64,000 bases of DNA from Trichosphaerium sp. ATCC 40318 (GCA_038496445.1 JALMLS010000159.1:53084-117083); one strand, 5' to 3'; shown: positions 1 to 12,222, counted from the stretch's first letter. Translations and numbers: made by a program. The notes: generated by a model from the sequence alone, not told the origin.

Positions 1-353
1 TCTTTGCCCTGGTTATCACAAAGGCTGTTTTGCATCAACGTTTAAGGACGCTATCAAGCCTATTTAAGGGGTTTTTGAAAAATAATAATCAGCATTGGAA
101 AATCAATCTTCTTTGGGAACAGTTCTCATACAACAATGACTAAATATGGCTTGATTTACTCGCAATACTCATAAATAGCAAACCAATAACGGCTTTGAAA
201 AAAAAAACACGTGGAAAAAAAAGTCTGTACACTTCAAGCAAGTGTTCCCAGATCACACGGGTCATACAGCACACCATAAAGAAAGCATTTAAGCAGAAAG
301 AGGGTATGTATTTACTTCTACGGCAAACGTTAACTCTTGCGTAGATTAAAACA

Positions 354-2279
354 ATGACGTTTTGGCTAGTTGGAGCACTAACAGCGTTGGCAATCGGAGT
401 GATTTTGATATTGCGGAGAAATAATAGCTCCGGACAGTTACCTGGCCCTCCGAAGCTGCCTATTATTGGTAATTTGTTTGATATGATGAAAATGAGCAAA
501 GACAGGAAAAATATATTGAACAAGGCACATCATCAACGGTTTTTTTTCTAAATAATTTCGAAGGCAACTCGAATGCTATTTGTATTCAATTGTCCGTGAC
601 AAAAAAAAATCTTGTCACGTGACATCGCAAAAATGACATTTGAACCTTGTTTGCGCAACGTGTTTTGTTAACTGATTCGAGCTACTATTTTATGATGTTT
701 AATGCTTTGCTATAGTGGAAGAAGAAGTATGGCAGCGTCTACACCTTATCTGTGTTCCGTTCTGAATTCGTTGTTCTCACCGAATACGAAGACATTCGCA
801 AAGTTACACTTCAGCGTCCTAATGCAGCTTTCAATAACTTTCTGTTTGACAACATGAAAGCGATTGAGGTAATCCGATACTTAGTGCGATGTATCTGATA
901 TGTTTATAGGAGCTTAGATTGAATAAAGGACTTGGGACATCATCTGGGCAAGAGTACAAAGACCTAAAGAAAGTGATTGCGCCAAAGTTTACAAACAATG
1001 CAATACAAAAACAGTTTGCTGTTATTGTGAATGTGTTTGTAGAGTTGATGGAAGAACTCGGGCAACTAGCAGATTCAAAAACACCTGTAGATGACATAGA
1101 CATTATTGCAACACGCACAACACTTCGTGTGGTTACACGTGCAGCTCTGGGATCCCCAAAGTCTTTCAACGGTACAACGCAATACCAGATGTAAACTGAT
1201 TTTGACATATTTATTAGACAACAAACAAGCCGAGACACGAATGTGCCTTATGCTCTCCAAGTTAATGAATATGATGATAAAGAGAGCCAATAGTCCAATA
1301 TCGTATTGGCACATTCCATTTCTCAAACCAAAAGTGCGTGATGTCTAGTTTCTTGATTGTCAGAAACTTACTTTTTTTTTCAAGGCTGAAGTAGAAATTG
1401 AAAAAGAACTCAAGGAGTTTGTCTATCCCTTTATTGATAATGTTATTACTGCTGCTACAAAATCAATGTCACGTGATGATCATGAGCCAGAAAATATGAT
1501 TGAGGTACGTTGTAAAGATAGCAAGACGTGTATATTGATGTTCTTGTCTTAGGTGATGTTAGCACATGGTTTTGATAGAGAAACAGTTTTCCAAAATGGT
1601 CTTGGTTTGTACTTGGCTGGTACAGAAACTACTTCAGGAGCGCTATTATCTATTATATACACTCTTTGTTTATATCCAAAGTACCAAGACATGATTTACA
1701 AGGAAGTAGCACCAACCATGGCACAGAACAATCTTGATTATGCTGATTTCAAAAAATCGACGCTTGTTGACAACTTTGTCCAAGAAGTCTTACGTATACA
1801 CCACACTGCAATTCTTACCTCCAGATCTCTTAAAGACCAAACGATAGAGCTTAAAAACGGACGTAAGTTCACCATGTACTGTTTTTCTAACAAACCCTAA
1901 TTGGTTCTTTAGCTGTCTTCTTAAAGAAAGGAATAAAAATTTTATGTGACACGGGTAATCTCACCTCAATGTTCAAAGATGCTTCAAAATTTAATCCTGA
2001 ACGCTTTGAAAATGGTGGTACGTAGCACTGTAGATTTAGATAAGTCATAATAGTATTTTCCTAGAACCAACAATGTTTACCTTTGGATTTGGAAAACGAA
2101 GCTGTACTGGAAAAAACCTTGCTGTAACAGAACTCGTCATATTTCTGTCACTTCTTTGTTATAATTTCAAAGTATCAATGGCTCCAGGTACCCACATAAA
2201 CGATGTTAAAAAAGTGAACAAACCTATGCTTGGATATGAAAATCTCTCAATATTGCTGGAGCGTAGGCAGCACGTGTAA
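354..2279 (+). CDS. Cytochrome P450 (multi-exon; intron 1 is GC-AG, 525-715)
   Basis: N-terminal TM anchor then PGPPKLPIIGNL; I-helix AGTETT; EVLR (ExxR); PERF; heme motif FGFGKRSCTG; exons join in frame. Confidence 0.95.
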
Positions 2280-2580
2280 AAAATGTTCCGGAAAAAAAAA
2301 TAGCACATGGCATTTACTTGTCTGTGGCCGATAATCGGTTATAGTTTGTTGTCACTGATTTTTTATGTTGAATAATCAGTTAGTTTACCTAAATTAATAA
2401 ACAACTTTACTGGCTTCCGTTGTACCTTGTTGTTTTAATATTCTTATTGAACAATATAGAACAGCCGAAAAGTATGACTTCTAGGCACTCAGGCAGTATC
2501 ATGTAAAGCGATAGCAGTAGGTTGGCGGTTAGAGAATACATTGAATTAGAGCATTCCGCTACAAAACTGAAAGTGAATTA

Positions 2581-2800
2581 GGTCAGGACCTACCACGTGA
2601 CAATACCATCAATACACTTTTGTACAATTGAGCCTTAATTTATGCTTATTCAGGGTCTTCGTGGTGTTTCCAAGCGTCAAAGGCAAAATAAAAAATGTAG
2701 AACCAATTTGAACAAAAGTTTATTAACTTTATGTTTTCCTTTTCGGGTTTTGTGTTCTTTTCAAAAACATATTCAACCTCCGCCCACGAAGCAAGCAACA
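2581..2800 (+). repeat. Left arm of long inverted repeat (partner 9142-9535)
   Basis: 2623-2800 is the exact reverse complement of 9142-9319 (178 bp); 2581-2617 matches 9498-9535 with about 4 differences; both arms have TA on the outside. Confidence 0.93.
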
Positions 2801-2809
2801 TGTGATCAA

Positions 2810-3267
2810 ATGTCTAAAAGAGATAATCAACCACACCACTCATTTTACAACTCAAAAAGCTCCGGAAAGTTTCCTAACGTTGCTGCTCCTTCAATGGGTG
2901 GAGATACAAATGGTATGGTACTTGAAAGCGTTCATTTTCTTATTCTAAGTAGAATCACCCGGCGCAAGAAGAATAAGAAGAACCCCAATCCATGGGCACG
3001 AACATCACCAAGCTCTTAATATAAAGCACGCCAAAAAGTACGCTGACAGTTTGGAACAAATAAAATAAAAAGTACAATAACACAACTTTAGGATATCACG
3101 ACAGAAGAGACAGCGCAATAAGAAGAGTTCAGTTGAAGGTACCTTAGAAATACAAAGCCTCTTTTGAATTCCTACTAATGTGGAAGCTAGGAACATCACC
3201 CAAGCAGCAGTTAGCAAAAGGGGAAAAGCAATACAACAAAAACAAAAGACAATTGGTTTACACCTAA
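2810..3267 (+). CDS. Small basic spliced hypothetical protein (paralog of the N-terminus of the 9132 minus-strand gene)
   Basis: MSKRDNQ...APSMGGDTN|ESPGARRIRR...|ISRQKRQRNKK...|...LVYT*; three short GT-AG introns keep frame; shares APSMGGDTN and the intron 1 position with the gene at 9132. Confidence 0.5.
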
Positions 3268-3488
3268 TGAATGACAGTTTTGTATTGCAGTCGCCATCCA
3301 CATATAAAAATATGAGGCTGTTTGGTGATAACACAAAAACAACGAAGTCACGTGTGTCAAAACGTTTTTCTTCCTAAATTATGACAGATACGTATGTTAC
3401 TGGCGTTTGATAAGTGAGAGGTAGTTGTTTAAGTACCTTAAAATAGATTTCATTGAACCCACAATAATAACACGTTGTAAAACTTCAC

Positions 3489-4317
3489 ATGGAGGTTCTA
3501 GTACGCAAAAAAAGAGGCTGTAAAATTAAACAAACACTCATAAGTCTAGCCTGAAATAAATGAGTACAAACTCATGGTATTTGGCCCTGTAGGAGTTGGA
3601 AAATCAACAACAACAATACAGTTCGTTCAAAACTCATTTTTAGAAGAACCCAACGTAGAAGACTTGGAATTAACGTACGGGCGGAGTTTTTCTAAACCAC
3701 TTTTAACGTTTTGAGTTTAAAACAACTCTAAAACGCTCACACAATAAGGTATCGTAAGCAAGTCACCATAGATGACGAAAATATCATGCTTGACATTCCT
3801 GATACATGGCCACGTACTGAGTTTTCTAGTTTTATTGATGAACGAGTAAGTACATAACATTTAAGTTGCTGGCAATCTAACAGCAGGTTGTAGAGCGTTC
3901 GGTTTGGTCACGGTTTTATTTTGATGTACAGTATAACAGACAGACAATCATTTGAAGAAATACAGAGGTTCTTTGACGAAATTTATGGGTAACAACAATA
4001 GACTTCAAAAACCACTTATGAATGATCTTTAATGATCTATTTCGACATTCTCAAGGACTGAGTAACTTGTTTGTAGGTACAGTGAAGCACAAAACAAGCC
4101 AAGTGTACTTGTTGGAAATAAAGTAGACTTGGAAGAAGACAGACAAGTAACCACAGAAGAAGGAAAGGAACTTGCACAAAAGAATGAATGTTTATTTTTT
4201 GAGGCATCTGCTAAAACACGTGTCAATGTTGATGAACAGTTTTATGAACTTGTAAGAGAAATTCGTAGACTTAAGGCACTCCATCCAGTAAAACAGCGTA
4301 GATGTATTGTAATGTGA
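3489..4317 (+). CDS. Divergent Ras-family small GTPase with CAAX (CIVM)
   Basis: Spliced: [68 protein letters not shown]. Confidence 0.9.
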
Positions 4318-4454
4318 CTAAAAGGCAAATCAGTTCTAAGTGATTTAGTGCTGAAATGCAACCAGCCCAAGAAAGAAAGTTTGGCTTGTTAGTGAATCCT
4401 TCATAAGTTCGTTAAAATTGGTTAAGTGAACTTTAAACGGTAAGGCGAATACAA

Positions 4455-5511
4455 ATGACATCTGATACCCCCAGTGATATTAAGGTTGTGGCTTGTGGTG
4501 ACCACGTAGGTAACACATAAATAAACACGAAAACTATGCTATTAACTAACAAACTTAAGGCAAAACGCATCTGATATGGGGTATTGATATGGTATTTAAT
4601 TATGGACAGGTTATTGGAGATATTTTACCTGATTACGTCCACACGGTTGTACCGTCATGTTATGATCCAATTACGATGCGCAAAGACCCGTTTGCTTTAG
4701 GTACCTATGCGGAGTGTATTTTTAGATTTCTGGGTTTGTGTTTACACGTGGTCGTAACTGTGTTTTTTTTTTTTTTTCAATTAAAAATGATTATTGTATT
4801 GCAGAAATATGCGATACACATTGTTACCCAGAGATGGCTCCGATTAGAACTCCTACTTATCTCAGCACGGTAATTTTCTTTTTGATTGTTGTACAAGCTT
4901 AAAACGCTCTGTTTGGATGACGGTTGTAAGCATAGGATGTTTTCTTAGTTTGCTTCTCCATTGATATCTATAAATCATATGAGAGTATTACATCTAGAGT
5001 GCGTACAATAACTGTCTATATATTGGATTCTTTTATTTATGTGCTTATTTAATTGGGTAGTGGATACCAGAGTTATCTGATTGTGGACAACTTCTTGTGC
5101 CACGTATTCTTGTTGGCTTAAATCAAGATACAAGAGTTAGAGCTATTGTTGAGGTACATATTTAAATCACTTTGGTCCCCATGCAACTCGACAACCAAAA
5201 CAATTTCGAAGAAGCTAAAAACAATAATAAGGGTAAGCCTCGTATAAGTTGGTCACAAGGTATTGATTTAGCAAAAAAAACTAAGGTACATTGACGAATA
5301 ACATCAAATGTTTAGCTTACATCTTTTTTTTTTGGGATAGGCTTTTAGTTATGTTGAAGTTGATCTGGTTCGTGGTTGTGGTGTAACAGAACGTATTAAA
5401 CTTTATCTCAATTTTTAACCTTATTGACTTGGATTTATAGTTCTTGATGAGGTTTGCGCTGTACATCATTGTATTCACAAGCATGATCATAAGCGATGTA
5501 CAATACAATAA
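4455..5511 (+). CDS. Highly divergent Rho-like (pseudo)GTPase with CAAX (CTIQ)
   Basis: Spliced: IKVVACGDHV|GKT, DYVHTV (cf. EYVPTV), ICDTHCYPEMAPIRTPTY, DVFLVCFSID, WIPEL, ILVGLNQD, YVEVD, KRCTIQ*. Confidence 0.8.
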
Positions 5512-6405
5512 AAAAGTGTTTTATTTTCTCATAATTTTCTTACTTGAGGCATTTGTTCCCAAGTTGATGGTTCAGAGTTTAAAGTGACTCTTTATTGTTG
5601 TAAGTAGATTATAGATTATAAGATCAAATAATTATGTTCACGAAAAGAAGACAACACAAGAAAAGAATAGAGCGTCAGCTATTGGTGCGTCTACCGAAGG
5701 CAAAGAGTTGGAAAAAAGGCGAGTATTCTATTCAGTGCCACCAAATGCTGTTCTTAAATTCTACATATTTTAAACTCACTCACATAGTTTTGTTATTGAC
5801 ATGGAAGCCCACTATTTTGGAGTTTAGCAAGAACAAAAGTCAACATTTTATTGATGTAAAACTGCACAATGCGTATTGTGCGGTTCAACCAAAGTAGCCT
5901 TTATAAATAATTTATCAAAATAGATAAAGTGAGCAAATATGAGTTTCCTGTTGCTACAGCGGTTTCAAGAGTTTTGACTGATGAAAAGCCCTGACAAGCG
6001 GCTGTTGTAGAAACTATTGGAACTGGTGCAAACTATTGTGTTATCAAAGTTATTTGGGTACTTTGGTTGTAACGCACAATAATTCAGGGTTGTACCCTCA
6101 TACCATACTACGTAGCTGTAAGAACAACTGCCAAAAAAAGAGATTAACTTCTAGCAAAAATAACAACTTAGTTGGGTTTGCAGGAGCCACGTGGTTCTGT
6201 GTTGTTTTTCAATCACTGAGACGGTTGTCATTATTAACAACCTAAACTTAATTAAACATATTTAAGCCTTAGTAGTTCACTAACAATTGCATGTAAATTA
6301 CGATTATGAGTGAAATGTTTTGAAACCAAAAAACTGAAAAACACATTCTTTTTTACGCTCAACTTTTTACAAGGTCGAAATTCCTCAATTTGCGTTTCGT
6401 CCAAA

Positions 6406-6480
6406 GGCGCAACATTTCATTCAATCATAGTCGTTTCGGAAGTTAAACCGGCTTTCAGAACCTAAACGGTTAACAGTTTG
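6406..6480 (-). repeat. Short dispersed repeat (partner 26051-26130, +)
   Basis: Both copies read ttaaccgtttaggtt(c/t)tgaaag...acttcc..aacgactatgatt...tgaaat(g/a)ttgcgc. Confidence 0.65.
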
Positions 6481-7049
6481 ACACCGGAAAAGTAATACCT
6501 CCATTGACGGTATTGTTACGATCTGAAGGCAGCGATTTAAGATTCGCAAATGAAATCGTAACGTAACCAGCTAACAACTTAAACGGTAAGAGCCACAGTA
6601 ATCGGTATTGATGGAGAAAGAAAATGGCTTTAACAACACTATTTAACAAGTACATTAAATGCTAACAGCTTGACTGATGTACGTCAAGAGCAATTGTCAC
6701 TGTAAAAAGGCCCGGATTTAGATTCATATTACTTAATCCTGACTATAGTGTCCTAATCCACCTTTGGCTAATATTACTAAACATGTAATAGCATTACTTA
6801 ATGTTAAATCAGACCTGTACCAATCAAACAGCGAAGACGATCTGGTAGGAGAGGAACAAATCTGTCCCTGACAGATAACTCTAGCGCAGAGCGAGCGCGT
6901 GTGGTTTATTTACAAAATACACGTCGCGAAATGTAAAATAAAGTTTTCGAAAAAAAAAAATTTTTGTTTTTTTGAGAAAGGTTTTCCAAATTATTAAGGG
7001 TGCGGTGGGAGGGTGATTTCTGCTTGCTATCCTGTGCTGTTGTCGTATG

Positions 7050-9132
7050 TCACGTTCTGATAGTCAATCTCGTTCTTATCAAACGCCTGAAATGTCTACA
7101 TGTTCAGTCATGCTTTAAGGGTTTCATCCGTTATAATACTTCCTTTATAATATGTAATTGCCTTGTAATAAACTTACCTAATAAAGCATAGCTTTATACC
7201 TCACACAAGCGCAACGCCCATCTCTAATAACTCTCCTCTTACTCTTCAGGTACTTAACCTTCGGACACTTTTACAGCACAATACAAGAATATAACAAGAA
7301 AGAAGGTACATCGTAAACACTTTCGCTTTCTTCCGTTTGTTCTGCGAGTTTGTATTTCTTCAATTGTTCCTGTTGTTCTCGGTTTGTAGTTTGCAGTTTG
7401 TTAATCACTCTTCTAGCTTGTTCAAGTTCTGCTTCAGTCTTTTGTTATCCACCAACAGTTTTTTAGTTTCGACATCTTGAGCATTTTTTTCTTTGCTATG
7501 TAAAAGATAAGAGATAATGTCTATCATCATTAAAAAAAAAGCCATACGCAGTCAGTAGTATATCTTTAAAATGATGTTGTGCATTCTTCTCATCCACACA
7601 CCTTTTGAGCATTCCTTGAGTTTATATTAGTACAAAATAATTGTAGCTTTCGCACCTTCACGAGTAATTTTTTGGCACCTCAACCCACATGACTCTGCAA
7701 AAAGTGCAAGAGCATTGGCAGACGATCCTGAACCTAAAGCTGCTCGCTTGTCATTATGACAATACGCGTTTCTTTGTAGCACTACAAAGCCCCATTGGGA
7801 AAATGCTTCAGCAGCATTTGGTAATACTGTCGCAATTTCAAGCCAAAGTTGCGACGGATACCATTTTTTGTTTTTTCTATACATTAATGCATTGCTCCAT
7901 TTGGTGATATCAAACGTCTTTGTATCGTTGGGAATAGGAGAACTTATCTTTTTGTGCTTAAGAGCATGTTGATACGCTTGATTGAGAGTCATACAAGCTA
8001 GCTCACCCACTGCGTCTACTACTGCTTTATCGAAACATGTCCGTGAAGATGTGCCAATTTTTGATAACGCTATCATGTTATACCTACAATGGAATAAGCA
8101 ATACAAGTACCTTGTATACGTACATATCAGGAGTTATCTTCGAACAGGGATCTGTTTGTGGCATATTTACCCTACGTCAAGTCAGGAGAAAAAAACCGAT
8201 CTGATTGAAATGCAATTGTAAAAGCTAAAACAATAACTTACTGAGGACTACGCTCTGGACTACGATTTTGAAACCTATTACGACGCTCTTCAAAGTTGCC
8301 ACTGCATATTTCGGGTTGGAGTCTTCTGTCGCTGCCGTTGTATTGTCCTCTAACTAGGCTGGTACTATAGCCTGAGGTACAACCTTCTAGCTGCCACCTA
8401 GCAGGACTTCTACTGCGGCGCTCGTGTGGCCGTCTAACCGGGCCACTACGCCTGTATTCAGGGCTTGTACGGCGTTTGTATTGCCCTCTATTTGGGCTTT
8501 TTCTGTGACTACTGTCACGTTGTTTGCCACGTATTTTATCCTCGTGTCTAATACGAATTAAAGTGGGAAAATTGGTGTAAAATAGCAACGTACTCTACAT
8601 AGTAATCATGTTGTATTGCGCTATACGGTGCTCGTTGATTCCTATCAATATCATCTACAGATATTACAATTAAAGTCCAAGTACCTTCGATCCTGCCTTC
8701 CACTGTTTTCTCTTCGTAAACCTTCGAAAAGTTAGAAAGCAACAGCTATGACCTATGTACTACCTCTACGATGTCTAGAAGTTCCGCTAGATTGTGTTAG
8801 TTTTAATCAGTTAAAAGTGTCAACCTACTTTCTGTGTTGCTGAAAATCTGCTTCCGTTCGCTCTACGTTTATGTCATCCTCACTTCCCCTCTGGCGTTCT
8901 GTAGAGATAAGCCAAAGTAATCTAGGAACACTGTACCTCTACTTGCTGTGTGTGGTCTATATGAGCTATCACAAGGCTCACGGGCGACTGCGTTGGTTGG
9001 AGTTTCTAAAGCAATAAGATAAAATGCGTAGGTTAATAGCATACCATTTGTATCTCCGCCCATCGAAGGAGCAACAGAAACAGGTGCGTCGATAATATGA
9101 GAACCAGGTTGAGTAGAACGGCTTCTAGACAT
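7050..9132 (-). CDS. Multi-exon hypothetical protein (RS-rich N-terminal half, globular middle, coiled coil); 3' end uncertain, possibly decaying
   Basis: ATG 9132 MSRSRSTQ...; many ~40-45 nt GT-AG introns and micro-exons; RS-rich exon 8238-8550; ORF 7627-8106; coiled-coil exon near 7320-7490 with frame problems. Confidence 0.5.
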
Positions 9133-9141
9133 TTTATCACG

Positions 9142-9535
9142 TGTTGCTTGCTTCGTGGGCGGAGGTTGAATATGTTTTTGAAAAGAACACAAAACCCGAA
9201 AAGGAAAACATAAAGTTAATAAACTTTTGTTCAAATTGGTTCTACATTTTTTATTTTGCCTTTGACGCTTGGAAACACCACGAAGACCCTGAATAAGCAT
9301 AAATTAAGGCTCAATTGTAAAACTTTAACTAAAACTAAAGAGTTTCATTCGGAAACACATAAATACTGATAATTCGCGTACAATGTTACGAACCATGATG
9401 ATGTGAGGTGTTTTAAAGCAGTTTTAAGAATTCCAAAAATGTGTCAATCAATCACGTTTTTATCAGAAATTTTCTGACGACTTTTTTTCAACTTTTTGTG
9501 TATTGACGGTATTGTCACGTGGTAGGTGCTGGGCC
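9142..9535 (-). repeat. Right arm of long inverted repeat
   Basis: Reverse complement of 2581-2800, with ~180 bp extra (9320-9497) that the left arm lacks. Confidence 0.93.
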
Positions 9536-10533
9536 TATTTTTTTGAAAATATGAGATTGGCATTGTCTGAAAACACCTCTGAAGGTGTTTCACGTGATTT
9601 AAGTTTCACAAATACGATCCTACACACTTCTAGAACAACTCATGCTCAGTCGGTTATACCGGAGCTTTAAAATATCGGAATAACCTAATTCAGATATATA
9701 CTGCATACTTTATGAATTATCGGGTATGGTGAAACTCTCACAAACCTCACAATCACACGTGACCATTGAAAAGAAACTATTACAACAAAACGTACTTTTT
9801 TTTCAGTTTTGTTTTCGTTAAAATATTTGTTGTTCATCCCCATTTGTATGGTGTTCACTTTGAACGTTACAATACCCTTCAATGGCATTATTAGTAGTTT
9901 TTAATCGTACTTCATATCACTAGAAGGCTCGGGTAAATATTTCCAGCGCGTATTTGAATACTCACTTTGTAGCACTTCTGAATTTCTAAAAATAGTGAAC
10001 AATAAATGAACTGTACCGCTACATGTGCTGTATTATAGACACTCTGAAAGTATAAAATGTTTAACAACACAACGTATACGAGTATTCAGGCGTTCTAAAC
10101 CAGTAACATGAAGTATTTGGGATCAACAATTTTGAGATGTTTGATGAATTAGTTTGCATGTTTCAAAAAGAAATTGAACACCCTGTCTACATTAGACGGT
10201 AGCTTGAGTAGTTACAACCGATTCATAGGCTAGTAAAACAGTTTGAAATGTGACATCTTCATCCATAATTAAAGTGGTATAACTTGCTGATGCTCGTAGT
10301 ACGCTTGTCTCCTATGCTTTCGTGTTCACTTTCGCGTTTTAGCTTTTTTCCAAACAATAGGATATTTATGCAGTTCACTATTTTGAGTCTTGTCACACCG
10401 TCAAAGTGATGTCGACCACAAAGTCAGCTACCAAGTTCACCTTTATACTCTAACCAAACCAAACTTGCATGATACGGCTAATACTTCCGGCTTTTGAAGC
10501 GGACGAATTAAAAAAATCATGACTGGCAAGATG

Positions 10534-10890
10534 TAGTGGTGTTAAAGAGTCGACTTTTGACTGACTCGACTCAGTCGCCCAAAAAAATCAAAATCGACTT
10601 ACGACTGACTTGGGCGACTTGAACGTCAAAAGGTACTCCCTTTGAGCCTTTCAGAAGCTTTCTGCATTCTAATTTTTCACAAAATGAGCTTTTTATGAGA
10701 ATACGCTACAAGCGCCACAGCACCAACATAGAGTGAACGGTAACTTGACACACCAATGTGATGCCACCAAAGTGCTTAGGCGCTGTATTTTTCCTAATTT
10801 TTTCTGAAATTGAGGCCATTTCAAGTCGCCCAAGTCAGCCGATGCCAAAATTTTGAGTCGACTTGGTGAGTCAGTCGTTTAACATCACTA
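10534..10890. mobile_element. Non-autonomous hAT-type DNA transposon (MITE), 357 bp
   Basis: 13-bp TIR TAGTGGTGTTAAA / TTTAACATCACTA (1 mismatch); perfect 8-bp TSD GCAAGATG (10526-10533, 10891-10898); subterminal CGACT/AGTCG repeats; inner IR ctgacttgggcgacttgaa / ttcaagtcgcccaagtcag. Confidence 0.92.
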
Positions 10891-11441
10891 GCAAGATGAC
10901 TATACGAAAAGCACTTCCAGTTGTTTCTTATTGAACAACAGCATCAGATTACAACTTGTCAAAGAATATCACAAGTATCAATAGTCCTTATTAGCCTTAA
11001 CACCTACTACATGACTGGTATAGTTAATGCAGTTTTTTACTTTTGCGTTTTTTGATTCACTACATTAACCACTGTGCACAGGTTTTTACTCCTATCCACA
11101 GGTTAGAGTCAAAGTGCATATGTCAGGAAACCATGGTATCTTTTGGTATCCTGTTTTTTTGAATTCGGCGAATAGGACGCAAAAATATTTCTTGTCCGTC
11201 GGCTTGAAGACGACATGACTCTGCCACAAATCCACCAAAACTGGATAAAATGCTGATAAGCCCAGGCAAGAGTAAATACAATAATAAAAACCATTCACGG
11301 TTTTTAAAACCATAATTGTTGGACAACTTGTCCAAAAATCAATTTTTAGACTTTCGTTGAATTAGATTTTCTGAAATTCTATTTCATTGTCAGTGTTATT
11401 CACACGGAAACCCATAACGACAACGATTATCATAATAGAAA

Positions 11442-12176
11442 ATGTCAGAATATAAATTAGTAGTCCTTGGAGATACTGGCGTTGGAAAATCAGCAGTTAC
11501 AATACAGTTTTTTAAAGACGAGTTCCTTGAACTCTACGACCCCACAATAGAAGATTCGTACGCGCTAAAGAGCGTTTTAGATATTTATTGGCGTATTAGC
11601 GCTTGTTTTGTTAAACATAGTCTAAAACTCTTTTTAGGTACCGTAAACAATGTACTATAGATGAAACTGTCACTGTATTGGATATTCTCGATACAGCTGG
11701 AGATAGCAATTTTTCTTCAATGCGTGACCAGGTTCGTAGTTTGCTATGGTAACAACTATATAATGTCTTCTGTTAGTGGATTCTTCTAGGAGAAGGATTC
11801 GTACTTGTTTATTCAATAACAAGCCGCAAGTCATTTGATTACATACCTAAGATGATCGAACAAGTGAAGAGGTAAGAACACGTGACAATAAAAAAAAAAG
11901 ATTGCAAAAAAAACTTTTTGTGCATGACTGGCTGTTTATCAACTTTCTTACTCCTTTGTCTTAAGGAACAAAGATTCTGAGTCATTCAAAGGAGTTTTAG
12001 TTGGTAATAAAGTTGATTTGGAAGAAGATAGACAAGTGAGTACACAAGAAGGACAAGAACTTGCAAAAGAAAATGGTTTACTTTTTTTTGAAACATCAGC
12101 TAAAACATGTCTAAATGTTAAAGAAGTATTTTTTGAACTTGTACGAGATATAATAGCTTCATCAGTTCAAAAATGA
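11442..12176 (+). CDS. Ras-family small GTPase, no CAAX
   Basis: [25 protein letters not shown]|[40 protein letters not shown]; ends VQK*; 3 introns. Confidence 0.93.
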
Positions 12177-12222
12177 ATAATAAACTCGTCAAGGCTGATA
12201 TGTTAAGTACTCATACAGTTCA

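Noticed and set aside
2642-2809. Shared peptide MLIQGLRGVSK... in ORFs 2642-3019 and 8869-9300
   Set aside because: It is a translation of the identical inverted repeat; the real starts are more likely 2810 and 9132.
6878-6930. GC-rich stretch ending in CTAG on the minus strand as a Helitron 3' end
   Set aside because: The hairpin is weak and overlaps the CTAG, the next base is not T, and no matching 5' TC end was identified.
9600-10330. Possible minus-strand gene
   Set aside because: Exon-like fragments with stops; no consistent model could be built.
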